Below the pieces are notes generated by a model. That model did not search any database. It had not been told where the DNA came from and saw nothing but the letters and a program-made list of their open reading frames with translations. From a bacterium (lineage in GTDB: Bacteria > Hydrothermota > Tepidihabitantia > SM23-42 > JAOAFX01): a stretch of DNA of 64,000 bases. Positions 8,993-20,531 of the stretch are shown one piece after another. The translations under genes were made by a program, and so were the position numbers. The stretch covers positions 438 through 64,437 of the forward strand of contig DAIRCK010000015.1 in assembly GCA_036796695.1 (NCBI GenBank), in the 5' to 3' direction. How positions within the stretch are numbered: position 1 is the first letter of the stretch; each line of letters begins with the position of its first letter.

Positions 8993-10485
8993 CTAAGCAT
9001 TGATTGACGGGCAGCGAGTTTCCAGGGACTTATACCTGCAGATGTAGACTTCACTTTATAAATCGTTGCTTTTTGTTCCTGGAGCAATTTTTTAACCATA
9101 GCCGCAATTGCTGCGGTCTGGTAATTCTCTTTTTTGTATTCAATCTTACCAAGTATTCTATCTATAAATGTCGTATCATAATCACCGGCAATGAATTGCG
9201 GATTTTCCATAACAAGTAAATGGAACGGAATTGAGGTTTTAATACCTCTTATCGTATACTCCTTCAATGCCCTTTTCATCCGTTTAATTGCTTCTTCTCT
9301 TGTCGGTGCCCAGACCAATAATTTGGCAATCAATGGGTCGTAGTATATTGGCACTTCAAAACCTTCGTATATTCCACTATCCAAACGCACACCTGGGCCA
9401 CCGGGTTCAATCAATTCTATTACCTTTCCAGTTGATGGCGCAAAATTGTTTTCCGGATCTTCAGCAGTGATACGACATTCAATTGCCGAACCATTTATTT
9501 TTATATCTCCCTTTCTTAATGACAACCTCTCACCTGCAGCAATCTTAAACTGCTCTTTCACAATATCAATTCCGGTGACAAGTTCAGTGACCGGATGTTC
9601 AACCTGCAAACGGGTATTCATCTCAAGAAAATAAAAGTTTCTATCTATATCAACCATAAATTCCACAGTACCGGCATTACTATAGCCTGATGCCTTTACT
9701 GCCTTTATTGCAGCCTCACCCATCTTTTCTCTCAATTCAGGTATCATAATTGCTGAGGGTGATTCCTCTATCAATTTCTGATGCCGACGCTGGATTGAAC
9801 ACTCCCTTTCGCAAAGATGCACAACATTACCGTAATTATCTGCAAGAACCTGGAATTCTATGTGCCGGGGCTGTTCAAGGAACTTTTCTATAAATATCGT
9901 GGGATTTCCAAATGCTGATTGTGCCTCACCAGTCGCCTGTTTTATCGCAGTTGACAAATCTTTTATATCGCGCACAACCCTCATCCCTTTTCCACCACCA
10001 CCACCTGCCGCTTTAATCAGAACCGGTAGACCTATCTTCTCAATGATTTTTAATGCCTCTGCCTCGTCCATTATTGCGCCTTCACTTCCTGGAATCACCG
10101 GTACACCTGCCTTTGTCATCGTAACCTTTGATGCAATCTTATCACCGAGTAATTCAATTGCCCTTGAATTGGGACCAATAAAGACAACACCTGAATCCTC
10201 ACACGCCTTTGCAAATTCAGTATTTTCTGCAAGGAAACCATATCCTGGGTGGATTGCCTCAGCACCACTCTTCTTCGCAATATCAATTATCTTTTCTATC
10301 CTTAAATAACTCTCACTTGCAGGTGAAGGTCCGAGATAATACACCTCATCTGCATATTTAGTATGCAGGGCATTTCGGTCTGCATCTGAATAGACCGTGA
10401 CCGACTTTATGCCCATCTCTCTGCAGGCACGCAGAACACGAACTGCAATCTCTCCCCTGTTGGCTACTAAGATTTTCTTGAACAT
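8983..10485 (-). CDS. accC: biotin carboxylase subunit of an acyl-CoA/pyruvate carboxylase
   Basis: N-terminus MFKKILVANRGEIAVRVLRA is classic AccC. ATP-grasp fold. The track begins at a TTG at 10509; the ATG at 10485 is preferred. Confidence 0.85.
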   Translation of the reverse strand: MFKKILVANRGEIAVRVLRACREMGIKSVTVYSDADRNALHTKYADEVYYLGPSPASESYLRIEKIIDIAKKSGAEAIHPGYGFLAENTEFAKACEDSGVVFIGPNSRAIELLGDKIASKVTMTKAGVPVIPGSEGAIMDEAEALKIIEKIGLPVLIKAAGGGGGKGMRVVRDIKDLSTAIKQATGEAQSAFGNPTIFIEKFLEQPRHIEFQVLADNYGNVVHLCERECSIQRRHQKLIEESPSAIMIPELREKMGEAAIKAVKASGYSNAGTVEFMVDIDRNFYFLEMNTRLQVEHPVTELVTGIDIVKEQFKIAAGERLSLRKGDIKINGSAIECRITAEDPENNFAPSTGKVIELIEPGGPGVRLDSGIYEGFEVPIYYDPLIAKLLVWAPTREEAIKRMKRALKEYTIRGIKTSIPFHLLVMENPQFIAGDYDTTFIDRILGKIEYKKENYQTAAIAAMVKKLLQEQKATIYKVKSTSAGISPWKLAARQSMLRKM

Positions 10486-10515
10486 AGTTTTTAAAAGTTT
10501 AACGTTCAACCATCT

Positions 10516-12063
10516 TTACAATGGTATATTTCCGTGTTTTCGTGGAGGATTTGTATCACGCTTGTTTTCAATCATCTCAAACGCCTCAATTACCCTTGGC
10601 CTTGTCTCGTGCGGTCTAATGACAGCATCAATATAGCCTTTTGACGCAGTCACAAATGGATTGGCAAACTTGTCTGTATATTCATCTATCAGTTTCTTTT
10701 CCAACGCCTTTGGGTCTTTTGCCTCTTTGAGTTCTTTGCGGTATAGAATTTTCACTGCGCCATCAGGCCCCATCACTGCAATCTCAGCACTGGGCCAGGC
10801 AAAATTTATATCCGCGCGAGTATGTTTTGAACTCATAACACAATAGGCACCACCATAAGCCTTTCGAGTAATAACTGTAACACGGGGAACAGTCGCTTCA
10901 CAGAAGGCATATAAAAGTTTTGCCCCGTTCTTTATCACACCACCCCATTCCTGGGCAGTGCCAGGTAAAAATCCTGGAACGTCAACAAAGGTCAAAATTG
11001 GAATATTGAAACAGTCACAAAAACGAACAAATCTTGCACCTTTCATTGCTGAATCACAATCCAGAACACCAGCAAGAACCACAGGCTGATTTGCAACAAT
11101 ACCAATTGACCTGCCGTTTAATCGGGCAAAACCAACAATTAAATTCTTTGCATAATGTTTATGAACCTCAAGAAACTCACCATTATCAACCACCCTTTTT
11201 ATTACCTCGGACATATCATAAGGTTTTGTCGGACTATCCGGAATTATCTCATCAAGTTCTTTGTCCTGACGATTTATATCATCTGTGCAATCAATAGCAG
11301 GTGGGTCCTCAAGGTTATTCTGTGGAATATATGATAATAATTTTTTAATAAGCTCAATACACTCAACTTCGTTTTCTACAGCAAAATGGGCAACACCGGA
11401 TTTTTCATTATGAACCATTGCACCACCGAGTTGCTCAAATGTCACATCCTCATGGGTCGCAGCCTTTACTACATCAGGGCCAGTCAAAAACATATATGAG
11501 CCCTGAACCATTATCACAAAATCAGTCATCGCTGGTGAATAGACTGCACCACCAGCACAGGGCCCCATAATTGCTGAAATCTGTGGCACAACACCTGAAG
11601 ACAGAACATTGCGCAAAAAGACATCGGTATAACCGGCAAGACTATCTACCCCTTCCTGAATGCGTGCCCCACCAGAATCTTTAAGACCAATGATTGGACA
11701 ACCCATCTTCATCGATAAGTCCTGAAGTTTACAAATTTTCTCTGCATACGCTTTGGACAAAGAACCACCAAAGACTGTAAAATCTTCGGCAAAAACACAA
11801 ACCGGTCTGCCATTTATTCTACCATAACCTGTCACCACACCATCTCCAAGAATCTTTTGTTTATTCATATCAAAATCTGTGCAGCGGTGGGTAACAAACA
11901 TATCGGTCTCACGAAATGTGCCTTTATCAAGTAGCAAATCTATGCGCTCACGGGCAGTGAGTCTTCCTTTGTCATGCTGTGCCTTAATCCTTGCCTCTCC
12001 CCCACCAAGTAATGCCTGTTTTTCAAGCTCTTCGAGATGTTTCAATTTGTCTTTTATCTTCAT
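10516..12063 (-). CDS. pccB: acyl-CoA carboxylase carboxyltransferase subunit (PccB/MmdA, 12S family)
   Basis: Carboxyltransferase domain similarity throughout. The track start is a TTG at 12087. An ATG at 12063 preceded by GGGAGG is the likely start. Confidence 0.85.
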   Translation of the reverse strand: MKIKDKLKHLEELEKQALLGGGEARIKAQHDKGRLTARERIDLLLDKGTFRETDMFVTHRCTDFDMNKQKILGDGVVTGYGRINGRPVCVFAEDFTVFGGSLSKAYAEKICKLQDLSMKMGCPIIGLKDSGGARIQEGVDSLAGYTDVFLRNVLSSGVVPQISAIMGPCAGGAVYSPAMTDFVIMVQGSYMFLTGPDVVKAATHEDVTFEQLGGAMVHNEKSGVAHFAVENEVECIELIKKLLSYIPQNNLEDPPAIDCTDDINRQDKELDEIIPDSPTKPYDMSEVIKRVVDNGEFLEVHKHYAKNLIVGFARLNGRSIGIVANQPVVLAGVLDCDSAMKGARFVRFCDCFNIPILTFVDVPGFLPGTAQEWGGVIKNGAKLLYAFCEATVPRVTVITRKAYGGAYCVMSSKHTRADINFAWPSAEIAVMGPDGAVKILYRKELKEAKDPKALEKKLIDEYTDKFANPFVTASKGYIDAVIRPHETRPRVIEAFEMIENKRDTNPPRKHGNIPL

Positions 12064-12080
12064 GAATCCTCCCAAATTAT

Positions 12081-12110
12081 TGTGCAATAAATTGCACCGC
12101 TACAAATTTT
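12081..12110. repeat. ATAAAT-loop hairpin motif, copy 2: TGTGCAATAAATTGCACCGCTACAAATTTT
   Basis: Lies in the 45-nt gap between the MBL gene stop and the pccB RBS. The arms covary with the other copies (TGCAAT/ATTGCA). Confidence 0.5.
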
Positions 12111-12990
12111 AATCCGAAATTGGTTGTAATACCGGCTTCCCATCTTTTTCTTTAATGAAGGCGAAGATCACCTTCGGGTCGTGTTCAAAAATCAATAACC
12201 AGTTTTCTGCAATCGCCTGTTTCAGAAATTTCTTTTTCAATTCTATCAATTCCAGAGGATAAAGGTCAAAACTTGTATGATAGGGTATTCTTATATGGGC
12301 TGAAGTGGGCATAAGATCACCCCAGAATATCGCCTTTTTACCTTCAGATTCAATCATTATTGATTGGTGTCCCTTTGTATGACTAATTGTATTTATAACT
12401 TTTATTCCAGGAATAATTTCGTATTCACCTTCTACCAGTATCAATTGTCCGGAGTTTTCAAGGGGAATGAAATTTTCTTTTAAATAGCTCGCCCTGGTTC
12501 GCTCATTAGGATGGGTTGCGTCATACCATTCCTGCTTTTGAATTATGTATTTTGCACGAGGAAAGGTGGAAATAATCTCATTGTTTCCAGACATAGGTCT
12601 ACCACTACTATCTGTGGCATTAAACTCTGGCTTATAGATTGTATTCCAGCCACAATGATCAAAATGGAGATGGGTATTTATGACAAAATCTATATCTTCA
12701 AGTTTTAATCCAAGATTTTTTAACCCAGTCTCAAGATCCGGTGGTTGTTTAACCGAATATATCTCACGAAATTTTTCATCAAGTTTATTTCCAATTCCAG
12801 TATCCAGGAGTATATTTGCATTCGGGGCCTTTATCAAAAGGCAGTTCAGGGGTATTTCAACGCGATTTAAATTATCAGGTTCAACAATTTTAGACCATAA
12901 CAATTTGGGCACAACCCCAAACATCGTTCCGCCATCAAGATAGAATGAACCATCTGATATTGGTATCAAATCAAATTTGCCGAGTTTCAA
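12109..12990 (-). CDS. MBL-fold metallo-hydrolase (293 aa)
   Basis: Has the HLHFDHCGWN zinc-binding motif. Apparent TTG start with an AGGAG RBS. Confidence 0.75.
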   Translation of the reverse strand: MKLGKFDLIPISDGSFYLDGGTMFGVVPKLLWSKIVEPDNLNRVEIPLNCLLIKAPNANILLDTGIGNKLDEKFREIYSVKQPPDLETGLKNLGLKLEDIDFVINTHLHFDHCGWNTIYKPEFNATDSSGRPMSGNNEIISTFPRAKYIIQKQEWYDATHPNERTRASYLKENFIPLENSGQLILVEGEYEIIPGIKVINTISHTKGHQSIMIESEGKKAIFWGDLMPTSAHIRIPYHTSFDLYPLELIELKKKFLKQAIAENWLLIFEHDPKVIFAFIKEKDGKPVLQPISD

Positions 12991-12993
12991 ATC

Positions 12994-13209
12994 CTACTCC
13001 TGCTTTTCTGTTTTATTCAATTTTTTCTCAATCGGATTTAGGAATTGTTCAATGGTAATATAAGGATTTACCTTCATCAATTTCTCAAGTATTTTTTTCC
13101 GTTCTTCATCAGTTTTTGCATTTAAATATTTTATTCGTAAAATATTTGTTTTTTCCCTTCTTTTTGCTCTTTTATGTAATTCAGATTGTCTGATTTGTCC
13201 TTTTCTCAT
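12994..13209 (-). CDS. small basic hypothetical protein (71 aa)
   Basis: ATG at 13209 with a strong RBS (GGAGGTG). Lys/Arg-rich. Function unknown. Confidence 0.5.
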   Translation of the reverse strand: MRKGQIRQSELHKRAKRREKTNILRIKYLNAKTDEERKKILEKLMKVNPYITIEQFLNPIEKKLNKTEKQE

Positions 13210-13321
13210 TTACACCTCCTCATTAAAAAGTTAACGGATAATGGTTTATGGGCATTGCAGCCCGTGAAAAAGAATTTTTAATTATCATTTGCTTTGAAAA
13301 GTCTATATTTCCGTATACCGT

Positions 13322-13762
13322 TCATTTTCGCTTCTTTGGTTTCTTCTGGTTTGCCTTTGTAATTTTAACTTCCTTTTTCACATTATTGTTTATCCAGTCA
13401 ACAATTTCACTCGTTGGGGTTCCTGGACCAAAAAGTTTCTTCACACCCATCTTTTCAAGTTTTTTCATATCATCCAGCGGAATTATTCCGCCACCAATGA
13501 CAGGGATATCCGCTTTCTTCTCTTTAAGTAGTTTCAATATCTTCGGGAATATTGTCATATGCGCACCAGAAAGAATAGAAAGTCCGATGACATCCACATC
13601 TTCCTGTATTGCGGCTTCCACGATTGCCTCACAGGTTTGATGAAGTCCTGTATAAATAACTTCCATTCCTGCATCACGCAGGGCTGCTGCAACAACCTTT
13701 GCCCCACGGTCATGGCCATCAAGACCGGGTTTACCGATTAAGACGCGAATTTTTTTATCCAT
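13322..13762 (-). CDS. acyl-CoA mutase B12-binding small subunit (146 aa)
   Basis: Has [12 protein letters not shown], the DxHxxG cobalamin-binding motif. Rossmann-like B12 domain. RBS GGAGGT. Confidence 0.85.
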   Translation of the reverse strand: MDKKIRVLIGKPGLDGHDRGAKVVAAALRDAGMEVIYTGLHQTCEAIVEAAIQEDVDVIGLSILSGAHMTIFPKILKLLKEKKADIPVIGGGIIPLDDMKKLEKMGVKKLFGPGTPTSEIVDWINNNVKKEVKITKANQKKPKKRK

Positions 13763-13783
13763 ACTACCTCCTAAAAAAGCAGG

Positions 13784-13836
13784 AATCGCAGTATCATTAC
13801 ATTCGCAGTATCGTGCCTATCGGCACTCGCAGTATC
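13784..13836. repeat. three direct repeats of TCGCAGTATC between the B12-subunit gene and the icmA-like gene
   Basis: Copies at about 13786, 13803 and 13827. Related inverted units TTCTGCGAA lie at about 13859 and 13893. Confidence 0.4.
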
Positions 13837-13938
13837 GCATTCGGTTCATAAAACCGTTTTCTGCGAATCTGCCGACGGTGATGATACTGGGTCTTCTGCG
13901 AACACGCCAAACGGTGTGGCGGGCGATCCTGCACTTTC

Positions 13939-15579
13939 TTAAAAAATGATTGGTTCATGATACACACCGAATTCTTCTTTCAAAGTAGAACACATCTCTC
14001 CAAGTGTAGCATATGCGCGGACACACTCAAGGATTCTGGGCATCAAGTTTTCACCATTTGCTGCTGCCTTACGCAGGTCTTTCAATTTTTCTTTTACTTT
14101 TGCGTTATTTCTTTCTTTCTTAACCTTCTTCAAACTCTTTATCTGTTCAATCTCAACTTCAGGCGGGATTTTTAAAATCTCAATATCTGGTTTTTCTTCT
14201 TCTTCAAAGATATTTATCCCCACATGGTATTTTTCTCTTTTTTCAATTGCCTGCTGATATTCATAGGCACTGCGAGCAATCTCTTTCTGGAAGAATCCTT
14301 TTTCAATTGCTGGCAATACACCGCCCAGTGCATTTATTTTATCAAAATACTCATAAGCCTTTTTCTCCATTTCATTTGTAAGGTATTCAACATAGTATGA
14401 ACCACCGAGTGGGTCAATTACATTTGCTACACCTGTTTCATAGGCAATGAGTTGTTGAGTTCGTAGAGCAATCTTCACTGCCTTTTCAGTAGGTAAAGCA
14501 TATGTCTCATCCATTGAATTCGTATGTAACGATTGAGTTCCACCGAGGACTGCGGCAAGTGCCTGGAATGCAGTTCGCACGATATTATTTTCTGGTTGCT
14601 GGGCAGTCAATGTGCATCCTGCAGTCTGGGTATGGAATCGCATAAGCCAGGAGCGAGGGTCCTGGGCATTATATTTTTCGCGCATCAATTTTGCCCATAT
14701 CCTTCGTGCCGCACGATATTTAGCAATCTCTTCAAAAAAATCAAGATGGGAATTAAAGAAAAAAGAAAGACGAGGTGCGAATTTATCAACCGGTAATCCC
14801 GCCTTTATTCCATATTCAACATAGGTAAATCCATTGGCAAGGGTAAAGGCGAGTTCCTGGATTGCAGTTGCACCGGCTTCACGAATATGGTATCCGGAGA
14901 TTGAAATTGTATTCCACTTTGGCACATTGTCTGAGCAAAAAGCAAGAATATCAGTTATTATTCTCATTGAGGGTCCAGGTGGATAAATCCAGGTTTTCTG
15001 TGCCTGGTATTCCTTTAACATATCATTCTGGATTGTGCCGGTAAGCATATGCGAAGGAACACCCTGCTTTTCACCAACTACAATATACATAGCAAGTAAC
15101 ATTGCTGCAGGTGGATTGATGGTCATTGAGGTAGAGATTTTATCAAGGGGAATTCCATCAAATATTATTTCCATATCCCTCAATGTATCAACTGCAACCC
15201 CGCATTTACCAACTTCACCGTGGGAGAATGGATCATCAGAATCTCTACCGTAAAGTGTAGGAAAATCAAAGGCAACAGAAAGACCTGTCTGTCCGTGCTT
15301 TAATAAATATTTATATCTCTTATTCGTATCCTTTGGTGTGCCCATTCCAGAAAACTGGCGCATTGTCCAGAGCCTGCCCCGATACATTGTAGTTTGAACA
15401 CCTCTGGTAAATGGGTATTCACCTGGATATCCGAGATCGCGTTCATAAACAAAATCAGGTATATCATCAGGGGTATATAGTGGGTTTAGTGGAATACCAG
15501 AAATTGTTGTAAATTTGTGGTCTCGCTCATTGCAAGTTTTATACTTTTGTTCCCATTGCTCTTTTTGCTTCTTAGACAT
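13939..15579 (-). CDS. icmA: isobutyryl-CoA-mutase-type acyl-CoA mutase large subunit (catalytic domain only)
   Basis: Paralog of 6432-7976. It has Phe (RQFSG) and Gln ([12 protein letters not shown]) where MCM has Tyr and Arg; this is the known ICM-versus-MCM signature. ATG at 15579 with RBS AAGGAGGT. The track start is a TTG at 15594. Confidence 0.8.
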   Translation of the reverse strand: MSKKQKEQWEQKYKTCNERDHKFTTISGIPLNPLYTPDDIPDFVYERDLGYPGEYPFTRGVQTTMYRGRLWTMRQFSGMGTPKDTNKRYKYLLKHGQTGLSVAFDFPTLYGRDSDDPFSHGEVGKCGVAVDTLRDMEIIFDGIPLDKISTSMTINPPAAMLLAMYIVVGEKQGVPSHMLTGTIQNDMLKEYQAQKTWIYPPGPSMRIITDILAFCSDNVPKWNTISISGYHIREAGATAIQELAFTLANGFTYVEYGIKAGLPVDKFAPRLSFFFNSHLDFFEEIAKYRAARRIWAKLMREKYNAQDPRSWLMRFHTQTAGCTLTAQQPENNIVRTAFQALAAVLGGTQSLHTNSMDETYALPTEKAVKIALRTQQLIAYETGVANVIDPLGGSYYVEYLTNEMEKKAYEYFDKINALGGVLPAIEKGFFQKEIARSAYEYQQAIEKREKYHVGINIFEEEEKPDIEILKIPPEVEIEQIKSLKKVKKERNNAKVKEKLKDLRKAAANGENLMPRILECVRAYATLGEMCSTLKEEFGVYHEPIIF

Positions 15580-15613
15580 TGCACCTCCTTTCAATCTTTT
15601 CAGAAACTGTAGA

Positions 15614-15657
15614 GGAGCACCCAGTCCTTAATAGTATCGCGGTTAGGAAACCGCTCC
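15614..15657. other. conserved nested hairpin motif, copy 2, in the icmA leader
   Basis: GGAGCACCCAGTCC..TCGCGGTTAGGAAACCGCTCC. Shares both stems with 5582-5621. Lies between meaB and icmA. Confidence 0.4.
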
Positions 15658-15731
15658 AACTTTAGTTTTGCTACATAAAATCCATGGATAATCACTAATC
15701 AGAACACAGATTTCCGCAGAAAAATTTAATA

Positions 15732-16667
15732 TCATTTTTTATTAATTAAACTTCTTAATATTTTCTTTGCTACTTTATATGGGCTCAATTTTCTTTCAAA
15801 AATTCTTTCTACAAATCTATCAAGTTCTTTGTCGTCAATTACTGATTCGTGCAAATGTCTTCTTATTTCTGATTCTATAAACTCATGTATTTGATTTAAA
15901 ATGCGCAATTTTCTAATTTTCTTTAATTCGCCGCTATTTTTGAGATGATCTTCGTGCATCTTTAATGCCTTAATAAATTCATCAATGCCTGATTCATCTG
16001 TAGCAATTGTCTTCAAAATGGGTACACGCCAGGAAGTCTTAGGTCTTAAATCAAAAGCGAATTTCAATTCCATTAAAAGTGCATCACTCCCTTCGCGGTC
16101 TGCCTTATTTACCACTACGATATCTGCGATCTCCAACAATCCTGCCTTCATTGTCTGTATAGAATCACCTGATTCTGGAACAAGCACCACAACTTTTGTA
16201 TCACAGACCTGGGCAATATCAAGTTCTATTTGACCAACTCCAACGGTTTCGATGAGAATATAATCCATCCCTGCGGCATCAAGAACCAGAGCCACATCCT
16301 TTGTCTTCTTTGAAAGACCACCGAGGCTTCCCCTTGTTGCCATACTGCGGATAAAGACATTCTTCTGGAGTGCCAAATCGCCCATTCTTATTCTATCACC
16401 AAGCAATGCACCACCAGAAAATGGTGATGTTGGGTCAACGGCAATAATACCAATTTTGTGATTTTCTTTAAGCAATTTTTTTGCAATTGCATTGACCAGA
16501 GTTGACTTCCCCGCACCAGGAGGACCGGTAATACCAATTTGATATGCCCTGCCTGTATAAGGGGAAATTTTATCAAGGATATCTACTCCTGTATCATTTT
16601 CAACCAAACTGATTATCTTTGCAATACTGATTTTATCGCCTTTTAGAAGATTTCTTATCAAATCCAT
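15732..16667 (-). CDS. meaB: MeaB/ArgK-type G-protein chaperone of acyl-CoA mutase
   Basis: P-loop GITGPPGAGKST and VNKADREG (NKxD). Confidence 0.9.
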   Translation of the reverse strand: MDLIRNLLKGDKISIAKIISLVENDTGVDILDKISPYTGRAYQIGITGPPGAGKSTLVNAIAKKLLKENHKIGIIAVDPTSPFSGGALLGDRIRMGDLALQKNVFIRSMATRGSLGGLSKKTKDVALVLDAAGMDYILIETVGVGQIELDIAQVCDTKVVVLVPESGDSIQTMKAGLLEIADIVVVNKADREGSDALLMELKFAFDLRPKTSWRVPILKTIATDESGIDEFIKALKMHEDHLKNSGELKKIRKLRILNQIHEFIESEIRRHLHESVIDDKELDRFVERIFERKLSPYKVAKKILRSLINKK

Positions 16668-16829
16668 TTAAAACACCAATTTATTTTTAATATCTTCGGG
16701 AATTAATGCAATCGATCTCTTGTCTGCGTCAATAAAAGGAATCTTCTTTTCCTTAAGTATCCTCGTAAATTCCTGTAATAAATCTTTCTTCTCTTTTGCC
16801 ACTCTTTTAACAAATTCTTTTTTAGTCAT
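16668..16829 (-). CDS. possible small ORF (53 aa) translationally abutting meaB
   Basis: Reads MTKKEFVKRVAKEKKDLLQEFTRILKEKKIPFIDADKRSIALIPEDIKNKLVF. Its TAA stop is immediately followed by the meaB ATG. No clear RBS. Confidence 0.3.
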   Translation of the reverse strand: MTKKEFVKRVAKEKKDLLQEFTRILKEKKIPFIDADKRSIALIPEDIKNKLVF

Positions 16830-16855
16830 AATTTTGAAATGCAGAATGTAATTGC

Positions 16856-17350
16856 CTATTGGCCAAAATTTCTTTTCTTTAACTTATTTAACCAATATAC
16901 ATCTGCTCTATCTCTTTCTCGGAATGAGTTTTTTTTTGTGGCTATGAGTTTATTAATACTTAATACTGGAATTTTAATGTTACCTATCTCCTTAATTATC
17001 ATATCTTTGCTTGCCTCTTCATAATCTAATTGCCATAATTTTGAGATAAGGTCTATTTCAATTTCACCCGCAATTTTTACAGTCTGGTATTTTTTAATGT
17101 CACTCAATCTCAATTTTTTTATTTCAGGATTTATTGACTTTAAGGAATCTTTTATTTTTTTGGCATTCTCAATAGAAGGTTCAACAATAAAATCATAATC
17201 AATGGTTAACCTTTCTTGACCAGAAATTTCTTCAATTCCATGTAGTTTGCAGGCGTAGGCACCACAAACAACATATTTTACTTCATATTCATTAAACCTT
17301 TGGCAAATTTCTACGAATTGTTTATCTATCTTTTTATTAGTCCATCCCAT
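16856..17350 (-). CDS. minimal nucleotidyltransferase, paralog 3 (164 aa)
   Basis: Has VVCGAYACKLHGIEE..TIDYDFIV, a G[GS]..D.D-like motif. The C-terminus RERDRADVYWLNKLKK is shared with the other paralogs. Confidence 0.6.
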   Translation of the reverse strand: MGWTNKKIDKQFVEICQRFNEYEVKYVVCGAYACKLHGIEEISGQERLTIDYDFIVEPSIENAKKIKDSLKSINPEIKKLRLSDIKKYQTVKIAGEIEIDLISKLWQLDYEEASKDMIIKEIGNIKIPVLSINKLIATKKNSFRERDRADVYWLNKLKKRNFGQ

Positions 17351-17571
17351 GAGAACATTACCCTTTTAAATTCATCTTCATTCTTCTCTTTTATAGTCTT
17401 GAACCGATATATTCCTGAAGGATATGCCTTTACTCTCAGACGAATCCACTCAAATCGGTCAAAATCTTCTACCTTTTCACCTTTTTCTAATCGGTTTATC
17501 AGCTCCCATCCGCTCTGCTCCTCAATTGTTTTGAACCTAATAATACGGTCTTTCTTCTTTTTGAATTTCAT
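17326..17571 (-). CDS. small partner protein of NTase paralog 3 (about 81 aa from the ATG at 17571)
   Basis: Overlaps the NTase start. Its LRVKAYPSGIYRFKTIKEK tail is homologous to the 6231-6425 protein. Its ATG shares one base with the GNAT stop codon (TGATG). Confidence 0.45.
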   Translation of the reverse strand: MKFKKKKDRIIRFKTIEEQSGWELINRLEKGEKVEDFDRFEWIRLRVKAYPSGIYRFKTIKEKNEDEFKRVMFSWDGLIKR

Positions 17572-18125
17572 CACCAAACTTCTTTGGTCTTCCTTTTCTT
17601 TATAAAATCTTTCTTTAACAAACCAAACATTAGCACATCAACAAAATTTCTTCCATCAAAATATGCCTTGCGTCTTACGCCTTCTTTTTTAAAACCCAGC
17701 GATTTTAACAAATAGTAACTTACTTTATTAAACTCATAGACTTCTGCATCAACACGATGAGCGCCTTTTTTAAACAGGAAATTTAAGAAACATATCAGCG
17801 CTTCCTTTGCATAACCTTTGTCCCGCTCTTCGCCTAAAGCAAATCTCAACCAAGCAAGACGGTGTGCGTAGCCAAACCAATTGATACGAATATAACCAAT
17901 TGGCTTGTCTGTTTTTTTAATAACAATTATGCTATATAAATCGGATTTTGATTTCAGTGCCCTCTTAATATCATCTCTCTGATTTCTTAATGATATCTTC
18001 ATATCTGGGCTGAGTGCCATCTTCTTTACAAGCGGGTCTTTTTTCCATTTTGTAATAATCTTCGATTCTGATATTTTAACTTCTCTTATATAGATTCTAT
18101 TGTTTTTAAAAATAATATTTGACAT
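17571..18125 (-). CDS. GNAT family N-acetyltransferase (184 aa)
   Basis: Acetyl-CoA binding core RINWFGYAHRLAWLRFALGEE..KGYAKEAL. Confidence 0.75.
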   Translation of the reverse strand: MSNIIFKNNRIYIREVKISESKIITKWKKDPLVKKMALSPDMKISLRNQRDDIKRALKSKSDLYSIIVIKKTDKPIGYIRINWFGYAHRLAWLRFALGEERDKGYAKEALICFLNFLFKKGAHRVDAEVYEFNKVSYYLLKSLGFKKEGVRRKAYFDGRNFVDVLMFGLLKKDFIKKRKTKEVW

Positions 18126-18156
18126 TAGTGTCTATAAATTGAATTATGCTAATTTA

Positions 18157-20318
<2,162 letters not shown>

Positions 20319-20531
20319 AATATGGTTAAATGGTTAAATGTTTTAATCACGGTTTTCACATTGATAAAATTTTTTACGAGATTCTTAAAAAAACGATTAA
20401 TTCCCTCTATTCGCGGTTCTTTCCCTATCCAATCCAGTTTTTTTTTGATTCAACCTTAGTACACATTATTCATAGTAATGACAGGCGTAGAAGAGAGATT
20501 GCCACGAATTAAGAATCATAGAAGGCTACTA

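Noticed and set aside
13784-13836. CRISPR array
   Set aside because: Only three 10-nt repeats with irregular spacers of 7-14 nt. This is far below CRISPR repeat and spacer sizes. No cas genes are in the window.
15596-15731. Possible adenosylcobalamin riboswitch in the leader of the B12-dependent mutase gene
   Set aside because: The conserved element is only about 45 nt. It lacks a recognisable B12 box or the multi-stem cobalamin architecture. B12 riboswitches usually control B12 supply or B12-independent isozymes, not B12-dependent enzymes.
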